64,000 nucleotides of DNA from the human T2T-CHM13v2.0 reference genome, Homo sapiens: assembly GCF_009914755.1 (NCBI RefSeq), contig NC_060942.1, one strand, 5' to 3'. Positions 1 through 17,925 of this stretch are shown here, piece after piece. Both the position numbers and the translations under genes were made by a program. Positions within the stretch are counted from its first letter, which is position 1; every line of letters starts with the position of its first letter. The notes under the pieces are model-generated. The model searched no databases. It saw only the letters and a list, made by a program, of their open reading frames with translations, and was not told the DNA's origin.

Positions 1-99
1 AATCTAAGGATGTGAAACCTGTGCATACAGAGGGCTAACTTCTATACAGAAGGTAAAATTATATAGAACTGAATATACACATACACATACGCACACATG

Positions 100-298
100 A
101 ATACAAATAAAATCGGGAAATATGAATAAGATCGGTGCATTGCACTAACATTAACGTCCTGGTTGTGATACTGTACTATAGTTTTGCAAAATGTTACCAT
201 TGGGTGAAGCTGAGCAAAATGTATGGTGATTTCTCTGTATTATTCTTACAAATGCATGTGAATCTGCAATTATCTCAATAAATTTTTTAATTAAAAAA
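100..298 (+). mobile_element. Old L1 (L1MC-like) 3' end, preceded by a MER2-like terminus at 1-41
   Basis: Typical L1M 3'UTR text (GTTGTGATACTGTACTATAGTTTTGCAAAATGTTACCATTGGG...CAATAAA) plus A-rich tail. Confidence 0.65.
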
Positions 299-299
299 A

Positions 300-483
300 T
301 GGTGTTACCAGATTTAGCAAGTAAAAATACAAGATGGACAGTTAAATGTCAGAGGAACAACACATTTTTTAGCATAAATGTGTCCCAAATATTGTGTGGG
401 GCATACTTCACTTTAGATATTATTGTCATTTATCTGACCTTGAAATTTAACTGGGCATTCTGCATTTTTATCTGGCAACCTTA
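300..483. mobile_element. MER53 palindromic hAT MITE
   Basis: Inverted ends GTTACCAGATTTAGC / TATCTGGCAACC and internal palindrome around GTCCCAAATATTG. Confidence 0.85.
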
Positions 484-816
484 AATCAAGAAAAGAGATA
501 GCACTGATATGTCAGCAGGAGCTCGCCCCCAAGCCGGCCCCACAACGTGGGACCACATCGGTGTCTGGGCCTCAGCTTTGCAGGTCCAGCAGCCTGACTT
601 TTCTCGTAGACCCTGACGTGAACAGCTCAGTGTTCTGAGTCGCACACATAAACCAGAATCCTAGTTTATAATTTGTGACAGGAAGCAAGACTTCTAAGCA
701 AATGAGAAAAACTTATATTTGGTCATTTTGCCATTTCTCTTCTGCACTGGAAACCTATGAATGTTTAACTAGATGGTTTCCTGGTGATCCAGTCCTTAAT
801 TTATTCCCGAAACCTT

Positions 817-1561
817 TGTGAACCCCGAAAATCTGAGACAGGGCTCAGTGAATTTATAAAGTTTATTTTGCCAAAGTCGAGAACGCGCGCCCATGACACA
901 GTCTCAGGAGGTCCTCACGACATGTACCCAAGGTGGTCAGAGCACAGCTTGGTTTTATACGTTTTAGGGAGACATGAGACATCAGTTGACATATGTAAGA
1001 TGAACATTGGTTCGGTTCGGAAAGGCGGGGTCTCGGTGGCATCAATCAACATATGTAAGATGAACATTGGTTCGGTTCGGAAAGGCGGGGTCTCGGTGGC
1101 ATCAATCAACATATGTAAGATGAACATTGGTTCGGTTCGGAAAGGCGGGGTCTCGGTGGCATCAATCAACATATGTAAGATGAACATTGGCTCGGTTTGG
1201 AAAGGCGGGGCCTCGGCATCAATCAACATGTAAGATGAACATTGGTTCGGTTTGGAAAGGCGGGGTCTCGGTGGCATCAATCAACATATCCATTAGGAAA
1301 GGCAGGGCAACTTGAAGTAAAAGGGGGACAACTCGAAGCTGGGAGGGGGCTTCCAGGTCACAGGTAAGTGGGAGACAACGGCTGCATTCTTTTGAGTTTC
1401 TCATTAGCTTTTCCAAAGGAGGCAATCAGATATGCATTTATCTCAGTGAGCGACGGGTGACTCTGAGTACAATGGGAGGCAGGTTGGCCCTAAGCAGTTC
1501 CCAGCTTGAGTTTTTCCTTTAGCTTAGTGATTGTGGGAGCCCAAGGAATTTTCCTTTCACA
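817..1561 (-). mobile_element. MER4A-family (MER4A1-like) ERV1 solo LTR with internal tandem amplification
   Basis: TG...CA ends; near-TSD cctt/actt; minus-strand TATAAAA (953-959) and AATAAA (862-867); matches recalled MER4A1 consensus. Confidence 0.85.
980..1289. repeat. 60-bp minisatellite, about 5 copies, inside the LTR U3
   Basis: Unit ATCAATCAACATATGTAAGATGAACATTGGTTCGGTTCGGAAAGGCGGGGTCTCGGTGGC; it explains the 20-aa repeats in ORFs 784..1233 and 915..1280. Confidence 0.95.
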
Positions 1562-1647
1562 ACTTACTGAGGATCTACACTGTGAGTCTCTGTCCTGGGT
1601 ACTGAGTAGACATTGGAGAGTGAAATTGACAAGGTCGCTTGTCCTAT

Positions 1648-3309
1648 TGAGAGGTGACAGCGTGCTGCCAGTCCTCAGAGCCCTCACTTGCTCGGCGCCT
1701 CCTCTGCCTGGGTTCCCACTTTGGCGGCACTTGAGGAGCCCTTCGGCCCGCCACTGCACTGTGGGAGCCCCTTTCCGGGCTGGCCAAGGCTGGAGCCCAC
1801 TCCCTCAGCTTGCAGGGAGGTGTGGAGGGAGAGGCGCGAGCAGGAACTGGGGCTGCACGCGGCGCTTGCGGGCCGGCTGGACTTCTGGGTGGGCGTGGGC
1901 TTGGGGGGCCCCGCACTCGGAGCAGCCGGCTGGCCCTGCGGGCCCCAGGCAGTGAGGGGCTTAGCACCCGGGCCAACGGCTATGGAGAGTGTACTGGGTC
2001 CCCCAGCAGTGCCAGCCCACCGGCGCTGCGCTCCATTTCTCGCCGGGCCTTAGCTGCCTTCCCGCCGGGCAGGCCTCGGGACTGCAGCCCGCCATGCCTG
2101 AGCCTTCCCCCGCCTCCATGGGCTGCTGTGCGGCCCGAGCCTCCCCGACGAGCACCACCCCCTGCTCCACGGTGCCCAGTCCCATCGACCACCCAAGGGC
2201 TGAGGAGTGTGAGCGCACAGCGTGGGACTGGCAGGCAGCTCCACCTGCAGCCCCGGTGCGGGATCCACTAGGTGAAACCAGCTGGGCTCCTGAGTCTGGT
2301 GGGGACGTCGAGAGTCTTTATATCTAGCTCAGGGATTGTAAACACACCAATCAGCACCCTGTGTTTAGCTCAAGGTTTGTGAGTGCACCAATCGACACTC
2401 TGTATCTAGCTGCTCTGGTGAGATCATGGTGAACCTTTATGTCTAGCTCAGGGTTTGTAAATACACCAATCAGCACCCTGCGTTAGCTCAGGGATTGTAA
2501 ATACACCAATCGACACTCTGTATCTAGCTGCTCTGGTGGGGCCTTGGAGAACCTTTATGTCTAGCTCAGGGATTGTAAATACACCAATCGGCACTCTGTA
2601 TCTAGCTCAAGGTTTGTAAACACACCAATCAGCACCCTGTGTTTAGCTCAAGGTTTGTGAATGCACCAATCGACACTCTGTATCTAGCTGCTCTGGTGGG
2701 GCCTTGGAGAACCTGTGTGTCAAAACTCTGTATCTAACTAATCTGATGGGGAGGTGGAGAACCTTTGTATCTAGCTCAGGGATTGTAAATGCACCAATCA
2801 GCGCCCTGTCAAAACAGGCCACTCGGCTCTACCAATCAGCAGGATGTGCGTGGGGCCAGATAAGAGAATAAAAGCAGGCTGCCTGAGCCAACAGTGGCAA
2901 CCCGCTCGGGTCCCCTTCCACACTGTGGAAGCTTTGTTCTTTCACTCTTTGCAATAAATCTTGCTACTGTTCACTCTTCGGGTCCATGCTGCTTTTATGA
3001 GCTGTAACACTCACCGCGAAGATCTGCAGCTTCACTCCTGAGCTAGCGAGACCACGAGCCCACCAGGAGGAATGAACAACTCCAGACATGCTGCCTTAAG
3101 AGCTGTAACACTCACCTGAAGGTCTGCAGCTTCACTCCTGAGCCAGCGAAACCACGAACCCAACAGAAGGAAGAAACTCCGAACACATCTGAACATCAGA
3201 AGGGACAGACTCCAGACGCGCCACCTTAAGAGCTGTAACACTCACCGCGAGGGTCTGCGGCTTCATTCTTGAAGTCAGTGAGACCAAGAAGCCACCAACT
3301 CTGGACACA
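1648..3309 (+). mobile_element. LTR12C-like (ERV9) full-length solo LTR
   Basis: Starts TGAGAGGTGACAGCGTGCTG, ends GGACACA; perfect 4-bp TSD CTAT (1644-1647 / 3310-3313); about 9 CCAAT-containing U3 repeats; AATAAAAG near 2867; U5 repeats. Confidence 0.95.
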
Positions 3310-3682
3310 CTATTGGAGTTTTCTGTCTAGTAAGCTGATGGGACTGGAATAGAGGAAGCTGGTGAAGGCATCCTGGGTCATTGTCATAAAACATCTGTCA
3401 CCTCGTCCACCTGCATATGTTAGCTGACTTTTCTCCCGGCTGGAACACAGCTACTGGAGACTGGATTTGTGTCCCTCTATTTTGACACTCCCCGTGTGCC
3501 ACTGAAATAGCTGCTTACCTGTCTGCTGCGACCATGAGGGCATCCTGGGTCCTTAGCACAGAATAAGCTCAACTACTCTATGAACCACAGCAGTCACGGC
3601 CACAGCCTCATTCACTTAGAGCCTGGGTAAACGATGCTGCCTGAGGATGGGCTGGCTTTCACAAGAGCCTCACCGACACAGC

Positions 3683-4089
3683 TGCCGTGGTCTCCATATT
3701 GGTGTCCCCCCAGAATTCCCATGGTGAACTAATCACCAATGCAATCGTATTAAGAGGCGGGGCATTTAGAGGTGATTAAGTGATGAGGACTGAGCCTTCA
3801 TGAATGGGATTAACATCCTTATAAAAAAGGTTGAAGGGAGCACTCTGATTTCTTCAGCTCCTCCATCTCTCCTGCCTCTTGACGACACAGCAGTCATCTC
3901 TTTGTGCCTCTCCTGCCATGAGAGGACACAGCAGGAAGGCGTCATGTTGGATGTAGAGAGCCACCTTTACCAGGCCCCAAATCTGCCTTGAACTTCCAGG
4001 CTCCAGAACAGTGGCAGAATAAATTTCTGTTCTTTCTACATTACCCGGTCTCAGATATTTTGCTATAGCTGCACAAACAGATGAAGGCA
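3683..4089 (+). mobile_element. MaLR LTR (MSTD-like)
   Basis: TG..CA ends with MST-type ATGAATGGGATTAA...CCTTATAAAA and AATAAATTTCTGTTC. Confidence 0.75.
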
Positions 4090-4222
4090 ATGGGGTCACA
4101 AGTTTTTTATTGTTGTTGTTACTGTTGAAATCATGTTAAGAATATGCAAAATTCAAGACACATAAAGAGAGGCATGTAGTGATGTTAGAACAAGACACGG
4201 AGAGCTTTCTTTTACTAGCACA

Positions 4223-4715
4223 TGTGGTAGGCAGAATCATGGCTCCAGAGATGCTTATGTGCAGTCCCCAGACCTGTGGCTGGGTCGCCTTCCATGGTGA
4301 AGGGGACTCTGCAGATGTGACTAAGATACGGACCGTGAGGTAGAGAAATTATTCTGGATTTTCCAGGTGGGCTCGCTGGAATCACACGAGTCCTTCAAAG
4401 TGGAGACTCCTTCCCAGATGCGGTTGAGGGAGCTGTGCCCACAGAACTGTCAGGAGATGCAGCGTGGCTGGCTGTGCAGATGGAGGAAGGGGCTGCAGGC
4501 GGAAGCAGGTGGTGGCCTCTGGAAGCCTGAAAAGGAAAGGAACGGATTCTCTCTTAGAGGTTCCAGAAGGCAACACGACTAGGCAACACCTTGATTTTAA
4601 CCCAGAGAAGCTCATTCCAGACTTCTGACCTTTGAAACTGTAGGGGAATAGATCTGTGCTGTTTGGAGCCACTACGCTTGTGAAAATTTGTGACTGCAGC
4701 AATGGAAAACACACA
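4223..4715 (+). mobile_element. MaLR LTR (MLT1D-like)
   Basis: TGTGGTAGGCAGAAT start, GACTTCTGACCT...AATTTGTGACTGCAGCAATGGAAAAC end. Confidence 0.75.
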
Positions 4716-4773
4716 TGGTAAAGCACACACCTGCTTCACGTAAAGAAGACGTTTGCTCTGCATTAGAAATATC

Positions 4774-5168
4774 TGTTATGAGCTGAATGTTTTTATCACC
4801 CCAAGATTCCTACGTTGAAGCCCTAACCCCCAGTAGGATGGCACTTAGAGATGAGGCCTTTGGGAAGTAATTAGGGTTAAATGAAGTACTAATCTAATGG
4901 AATTAGTGCCCTTATAAAAGGAGACACCAGACAGGTTGCTCCCTCTCTTTCCCCACCTCCGAACGCACACCACACAGAAGAGGCCAGGTGAGTGCACAGC
5001 CCAGATGGTGGCCACCTGCATGTCAAGCAAAGAGGCCTCTGAAAAACTTCCCTTCCTGGCACCTTGACCTTGGACCTCCAGCTTCCAGAACAGTCAGGGA
5101 ATAACTGTCTGTTGTTTAAGCTGTTTGGTCTATGGTATTTTGTTATGACAGCCAAGCTGGCTGATCCA
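4774..5168 (+). mobile_element. MaLR LTR (MLT1A/B-like)
   Basis: TGTTATGAGCTGAATG start, GTTGAAGCCCTAACCCCCAG, GGTATTTTGTTATGACAGCC end. Confidence 0.75.
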
Positions 5169-5264
5169 CTACCTCTGTATAACTCATTGCTTATAGAGGG
5201 TTCATCTAGGAATAAGCTTTGAGCCTTGAAGAAAGTTTTGTAATTCAATTTTTTTTTCCTCTAG

Positions 5265-8178
<2,914 letters not shown>

Positions 8179-8814
8179 TTATTTGGAATTACAAAGGCTA
8201 CAGAAATATTTTGTGTTTCACCTAATTTTTTGACGTTCTCCTTTTGCCTCCAGGGAAATTTGTCAGTCCCGAAATGCAGCAGGTCCTTGGGAGAGGTGAA
8301 GACCAGAGGCTCTGAGGAAGGATGGAGGGAGGAGAGGAAGGCTCGAAGGCAGAGCAGGGGGCATTCAGAGGCCGAGGGGTGGCCAGGCGGGCTCTGGAGC
8401 TCTCTGCACAGCTGCATGGCACCACACAGCTCCAGGACTGGGAAGGTGTGCCCACTGGGCGTAACAACAGCTGACTCACTGAGAGCGTCTTGTGCTCAGT
8501 GCTTCTGTAAGGATTTCACGCCACTCACAATCCACCACGCGCTTCTGCGGGAGGGGCTGGGAGCTCCCAGATGCCGGTGCAGGACTCCAGGCGAGGGTGA
8601 GCCCCAACCCCAGAGCTGGCCAGACCCCTCCTGGGGCAGGGTTCTTGCTCACCAAGGCCCAGGCTCTCGGGTGAACCTAGGACCGTTGACGTTAATGGTC
8701 CTAAAATGATGGCAATGGTCTCGTTTTAGACCTCGAGGTTTTCATTGAAGATTTCTCATTTTTTCTTATTCGTACTCACTTCATTGCTGATTGCGTTCAG
8801 CCCAACCTACGAAC

Positions 8815-9003
8815 ACACGTGTGTGCGTGTTCCTCACACGGTAACCAGTGTCGCAGTCATCTGAGACACGTGTGTGCGTGTTCCTCACATGGTAACCAGT
8901 GTCGCAGTCATCTGAGACACGTGTGTTCCTCACACAGTAACCAGTGTCGCAGTCATCTGAGACACGTGTGTTCCTCACATGGTAACCAGTGTCGCAGTCA
9001 TCT
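8815..9003. repeat. 45-51-bp minisatellite, 4 copies
   Basis: Unit ACACGTGTG(TGCGTG)TTCCTCACAYGGTAACCAGTGTCGCAGTCATCTGAG; two long and two short copies. Confidence 0.95.
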
Positions 9004-9914
9004 AAGATGAGCTTCTGCTTTTCTACCTACACCTTCGCTGTTTGTCTTGGGTTATCAGCTGAGAGCCAGCGGAATCTTTCATATCCTTCCCCTTGTGGCG
9101 AAATGTCAGGCATATCCTGCGACTTTGCAGAGTTTTCTATGTAGCAATTTTCTGTGTCTCAAAGGTAAGCCTCAAATATCATGGAATCATCAAACTGACA
9201 GAACTAGAGAGAACATTGGCAATCACTTACTCTAAATAGAATAATAAATTGGGCCTCAGAAAAGTTAAGCAACTTAGCATGCAACAACTACATAATAACT
9301 AACCGTAAGAGCCCTGGGCTCCTGGCTCTAGACTTCCCTGAATTCTCATTCTTTGGTGTCATTCTGAAGAACAGCTCCTGAAGAATCCGCTGTGCAAGAG
9401 AAAGTTACATAGTCTTTGCTAGACATCACTCGAAATTAAAACTCACCTTTGGTATAGGCAGCATGTCTAAAACTTTGCTATTCCCAAGACCTACCCCTGG
9501 GAGAAGTAATGATATTAACATCTCAAGAATATTATAAAATAAATATAATTCAAGTCTGTATTTCTGGGGAACCCAGAAGCAAACAGTGTTGAACAAATGC
9601 TGACATGTGTTAAGCATCCTGAACCGAAGGTCGTCATTGTCCATAAGTTGTGAAACAGAAGTGTCAAATCAAAGGCTGCAGCCCCTGAGGAATGCATTTT
9701 CATGGATGTTATTATTGTTATTTTGCTTTTAATTATGTGGCACAGAAACGAACCTGTCATTGCTATTTCACTTTAAATGAGAGATTTAAATAATATTTCC
9801 CAAAATTGTTGTCAGCATACCACAGATAGCATGGGAAATTGTTTTAGGCAACATCTCAACAAGTATGTTTTATTTAAATATCTGTGAATTTATTAAATGT
9901 ATATTAAAAATATA

Positions 9915-11240
<1,326 letters not shown>

Positions 11241-11256
11241 TTTTTTTTAGAAAACC

Positions 11257-11855
<599 letters not shown>

Positions 11856-12294
11856 ATTTTAGAAAACCTCATACGACTTGGTGGAGTTTATGACAGAAAA
11901 GAAAAAGAAGAAAACCCCTGCATCAGTGTTCACTCACTGCTTGGTGCGCATTCAGGCCGCGCCCACCCGGCATGGGGGTCACGTCTGCACCCTTAATCGC
12001 GCGCACCTGCGCTGTCCCAGGACAGGGAAAGGCCCGTTACAACTGGGCGGCCTCCGCCACAGGCGCTGTCTCTCGTTTTTCCAATTCCCTTCACATCTTT
12101 TTCTTGTTCCCTTTCCTCATCACCCGTTCATCCCCGGGTCCCGCCCCTCCAGGATGGCGAAGGCGAGAGCCAACCCAGGATCTTGGAGGCCCGTGAGCAA
12201 GCGCGCAAGGGCAGCGCCGGGAATCAGCCTAGACCTGCGCTCTCCCGTTTCTTCCGCCTTGGGGAAAGTGCGCCCTCCCTGCAGCAGCCGCCTG

Positions 12295-13671
12295 TGTGTC
12301 CGGAATGGGTGGGTTCTTGGTTTCACTGACTTCGAGAATGAAGCCGCGGACCCTCGCGGTGAGTGTTACAGCTTTTAAAAGCTGCATTGTTCCTTATGAT
12401 GTTCAGATGTGTTGGGAGCTTCTTCCTTCTAGCGGGTTCGTGGTCTCGCTGGCTCAGGAATGAAGCTGCAGACCTTGGCGGTGAGTGTTACAGCTCTTAA
12501 GGTGGTGCGTCTGGAGTTGTTCATTCTTCCTGGTGTGTTCGTGGTCTCGCCGGCTTCAGGAGTGAAGCTGCAGACCTTTGCAGTGAGTGTTACAGCTCAT
12601 AAATGCAGTGCTGACTCAAAGAGTGAGCAGCAGCAAGATTTACTGTAAAGAGCAAAAGAACAAAGCTCCCACAACCGGCAAACGGACCCCAGCAAGTTGC
12701 CATTGCTGGCTCAGACAGCCTGCTTTTATTCCCTTATCTGGCCCCACCCACATCCTGCTGATTGGTCTGTTTTTCAGAGAGCTGATTGGTCCGTTTTGAC
12801 AGGGTGCTGATTGGTGCATTTACAATCCCTGAGCTAGACACAAAAGTTCTCCAACTCCCCACTAGATTAGCTAGATACAGAGTGTGGACCCAAAGGTTCT
12901 CCAAATCCCCACCAGAGTAGCCAGATACAGAGTGTGGATTGGTGCATTCACAAACCCTGAGCTAGACACAGGGTGCTGATTGGTGTGTTTATAAACCTTG
13001 AGCTAGATACAGAGTGCCGATTGGTGTATTTACAATCCCTTAGCTAGACATAAAGGTTCTCCAAGTCTGCACCCAGACTCAGGAGCCTAGCTGGCTTCAC
13101 ACAGTGGATCCCGCACCAGGGCCACAGGTGGAGCTGCCTGCCAGTCCCACACCATGCACCCATACTCCTCAGCCCTTGGGGGGTCATGGGACTGGGGGCC
13201 ATGGACCAGGGGGTGGCACTCGTCGGGGAAGCTCTGGCCACGCAGGAGCCCATGGCGGGGAGGGGGAGGCTCAGGCATGGTGGGCTGCAGGTCCTGAGTC
13301 CTGCCCTGCCGGGAGGCAGCTAAGGCCGGGAGAGAAGATGAGCACAGCAGCTGCTGGCCCAGGTACTAAGCCCCTTACTGTCCAGGGCCAGCGGGGCTGG
13401 CTGGCTGCTCTGAGTACGGGGCCCACCGAGCCCACGCCCACTCGGAACTCGCGCTGGCCCACAAGCGCTGTTCGCAGCCCCGGTTCCTGCCCGCACCTCT
13501 CCCTCCACACCTCCCCGCAAGCTGAGACAGCTGGCTGTGGCCTCGGCCAGCCCAGGAAGGGGCTCCCACAGTGCAGCAGCGGGCTGAAGGGCTCCTCAAG
13601 TCCCGCCAAAGTGGGAGCCCAGGCAGAGGAGGCGCCGAGAGTGAGCGAGGGCTGCCAGGGCTGCCAGCACA
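12295..13671 (-). mobile_element. LTR12-family (ERV9) solo LTR, antisense
   Basis: TGTGTCCGGAAT end; about 6 ATTGG (CCAAT) repeats; 5' tip lacks about 13 nt of consensus; CCTG on both sides (12291-12294 / 13672-13675) as probable TSD. Confidence 0.92.
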
Positions 13672-13900
13672 CCTGGGAACCCAGCCACCCACGTGCCCCT
13701 CCACGCCCGGACCTGCCTCTCAGCGCCCAGAGCTGCCCCTGCAGTGCCCCGTGTTCCCTCCCCAGCCACGCTTGCGGTTGGCGCTCCCCACGGTCCCGAC
13801 GGGGCTTTCTCATGGGATCCATCAATGCGCAGTTTAGACGCCCCAGGCTCTCCCGCCCTACACGGAGATGAGAAAAAGGTTGATAGAATAAATTACATTA

Positions 13901-15300
<1,400 letters not shown>

Positions 15301-15769
15301 GATGCATAAAGACATGTACAACATGCTATCACTTATATAAAGCAGGCAAAACAGTGCTGTATGTAGCTTAGAGATAAGAGGCAGCAAAGGATAAAGAAAT
15401 GGCTGGTAATGGTAAACTCCTAGCTCACTCTCTCTGTGGGTCACTTCCCCGAGGGAGGAAGAAAACAGGGGAGAGTGATAAGCAGGCCTCCTTTCACAGC
15501 ACAACTCTTGGGCATAGCAAGCAGGACTGGGCGGGGGCTCTGGAGTTAGGCATCACAGCAGCTGTGAGGACACAGGGCTCCAGCCTCATGTCATGGAGGT
15601 GCTGATGGGCACGCAGGTGTCCATAGCAAGACTTCTCCCATTTTGCACATCTTAAGTATCACATGTTCTATGTTTAAATCCTTAGTGCAGGAATTGACAA
15701 GCCATCATAATATTTTAGCTTAGGAGCGAAAAGGTCAGGCTTAAATGTGAGAGCTGGGACTCCAATGGC

Positions 15770-17130
15770 AGGAGAGCAGAAGGACTGTGAGAGGAGAGCC
15801 TGGAAGCAGAGGCTCGCGAGGTGACAAAAGCCAGGAGTCAAGAGGATTCGGGTGTCACACCAGGCTCTGGCAGCAGGACCAGACAGGAAGAGGTGGTGAG
15901 CCGAGCCTGGCGACCATGCCGATGACGTCGTGGTGAGGCAGAAATTTAAAAATAAATATGCATTTATTCACTCCGAGAAAAGTAACAGTCAAGGCAAGCG
16001 TTAAAAAGAAAAGACCACGTTTTCTTCTGCTTAGCAAGCTCACTTCAGAGACAGTTATAGGATAATGCTGTTTAAAAAACCAAGGCCAAAGGAATGGGCT
16101 CCAGACAACACCCCCACCCCGCCTTCCAGGGCAAAGTTGAAGGAAAAAAAAGGGAAAAAGACAAATTCCTTTACTGTTACTCCTTTCCCTGGCTTCTTAA
16201 GCATAACTGTGTTTTACAAATGTCTATAATTTAGCCAGTTCTTGTTTTTCTTTCAATGCAGTTACAAGTCACAAGCTATGCAAGGCCACAAGTTAAGTGA
16301 TGTTATGCTATAGATTATGTGACCTATCATGTGATTAACTGCTTTTGTTTGCTTCTGTAAGTTTGCTTATAAAAACCCCACTCAGTCTTTGTTCAATGCT
16401 CAGCTTTTTGGATATGAATCCACTAAGCCAGTGAGTACCTGAAATAAACAATCCTCCTGTTCTCCATGTCAGTCTCTCTAGTCCTCAGTTTCCCACAACA
16501 ATGGTCCGCACGAGCGATCAGACAGATCCGCCAGGGAATCAAGGAGTGCCACCCAGGGAAGCAAGATGGTTGCTAGAAGAGCGGCAGATTGGATGGAGCA
16601 GGGAGTTCGGGTGTGACAGGATGACTGTGGTGTGGTGGTAGGACTTCGACGTGTGGACCCCCAGGTATTTGGAAATGTAGGTCCGGGGCGCACCTGAGGG
16701 CTCAGGACTGGAAGTGCACTTGGGGAGCCACGGATGCGCTCCCAGAAGTGCGCCCAAGAGGAACAGTGTGGGGCCTGAGCAGGCGGGAAGCTTGAGGAGT
16801 GCCCACCCGCAGGGAATGGGAAGGACAGCGCAGCAGCTTGAGGAGAGGACGCTCAGAGAGTGAGCTTCAGAGGAACACCCAGGGTGTGAGGCGCGCAACC
16901 CAGGCGTGGCACAGCTGCATGGAAACCCGGGGCAAAGTGGCATGAGCAGCTGCCAGGAAGTCCAGAGGGCTCCGTGGTAGGCAGACGTTCTGTGACGGAG
17001 CCCACGTCAGGTGCAAGTGTGAGCTGAGACCTGAGTCTGCTAAGGAGAAGTGAGGACGCCCCTGATAAGGTTTTGAAGCTGAAGGCGCCACAGGAGTCTT
17101 GATGATGGGGCAAACAGTCCTGGGGGTGGG
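15770..17130 (-). mobile_element. Ancient L2 LINE remnant (RT/3' region), interrupted by an LTR
   Basis: Minus strand aligns by eye with recalled L2 consensus (ACTCCCAAATCTATATCTCCAGCCCAGACC...TCCAGACCCGTATATCCAAC...ATGTCCAAAACCGAACTC). Confidence 0.6.
15934..16500 (+). mobile_element. ERV1-class solo LTR (tentatively LTR15-like)
   Basis: TGAGGCAG...CCCACAACA; TATAAAA near 16368; AATAAA near 16443; near-TSD gtgg/atgg; AT-rich block inside GC-rich flanks. Confidence 0.75.
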
Positions 17131-17133
17131 CGA

Positions 17134-17925
17134 GGAGAGCACACTCAGCATGCGTGCTGGTAGGAGGGCTGAGGTGGGGGGGGACAGGAAGAGAAGGTTG
17201 GGATGGTGGGGGGAGAGCTACACTCAGCATGCGTGCTGGTAGGAGGGCTGAGGTGGGAGGGGACAGGAAGAGAAGGTTGGGATGGTGGGGGGAGAGCACA
17301 CTCAGTGTGCGTGCTGGTAGGAGGGCTGAGGTGGGAGGGGACAGGAAGAGAAGGTTGGGATGGTGGGGGAGAGCTACACTTAGCATGCGTGCTGGTAGGA
17401 GGGCTGAGGTGGGGGGGACAGGAAGAGAAGGTTGGGATGGTGGGGGGAGAGCTACACTCAGCATGCGTGCTGGTAGGAGGGCTGAGGTGGGAGGGGACAG
17501 GAAGAGAAGGTTGGGATGGTGGGGGGAGAGCTACACTCAGCATGCTTGCTGGTAGGAGGGCTGAGGTGGGAGGGGACAGGAAGAGAAGGTTGGGATGGTG
17601 GGGGGAGAGCTACACTCAGCATGCGTGCTGGTAGGAGGGCTGAGGTGGTGGGGGACAGAAAGAGAAGGTTGGGATGGTGGGGGGAGAGCTACACTCAGCA
17701 TGCTTGCTGGTAGGAGGGCTGAGGTGGGAGGGGACAGGAAGAGAAGGTTGGGATGGTGGGGGGAGAGCTACACTCAGCATGCGTGCTAGTAGGAGGGCTG
17801 AGGTGGGGGGGACAGGGGAAGAAGTTTGGGATGGTGGTGGGGAGAGCGACACTCAGCATGCGTGCTGGCCGGTGGGGCTGAGATCAGCGGGGACAGGAGG
17901 AGAAGGCTGGGATGGTCGGGGAGGA
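17134..17925. repeat. G-rich 78-79-bp minisatellite, about 10 copies
   Basis: Unit GGAGAGCTACACTCAGCATGCGTGCTGGTAGGAGGGCTGAGGTGGGAGGGGACAGGAAGAGAAGGTTGGGATGGTGGG; produces the repetitive ORFs in both directions. Confidence 0.96.

Noticed and set aside
784-1280. Proteins with 20-aa repeats
   Set aside because: Translation of the 60-bp VNTR inside an LTR
13104-13871. 255-aa ORF and overlapping ORFs (also 1506-2327)
   Set aside because: GC-rich U3 region of LTR12; no coding signature
15770-17130. Processed pseudogene of an RS-rich protein
   Set aside because: No coherent frame or poly(A); better explained as an antisense L2 remnant
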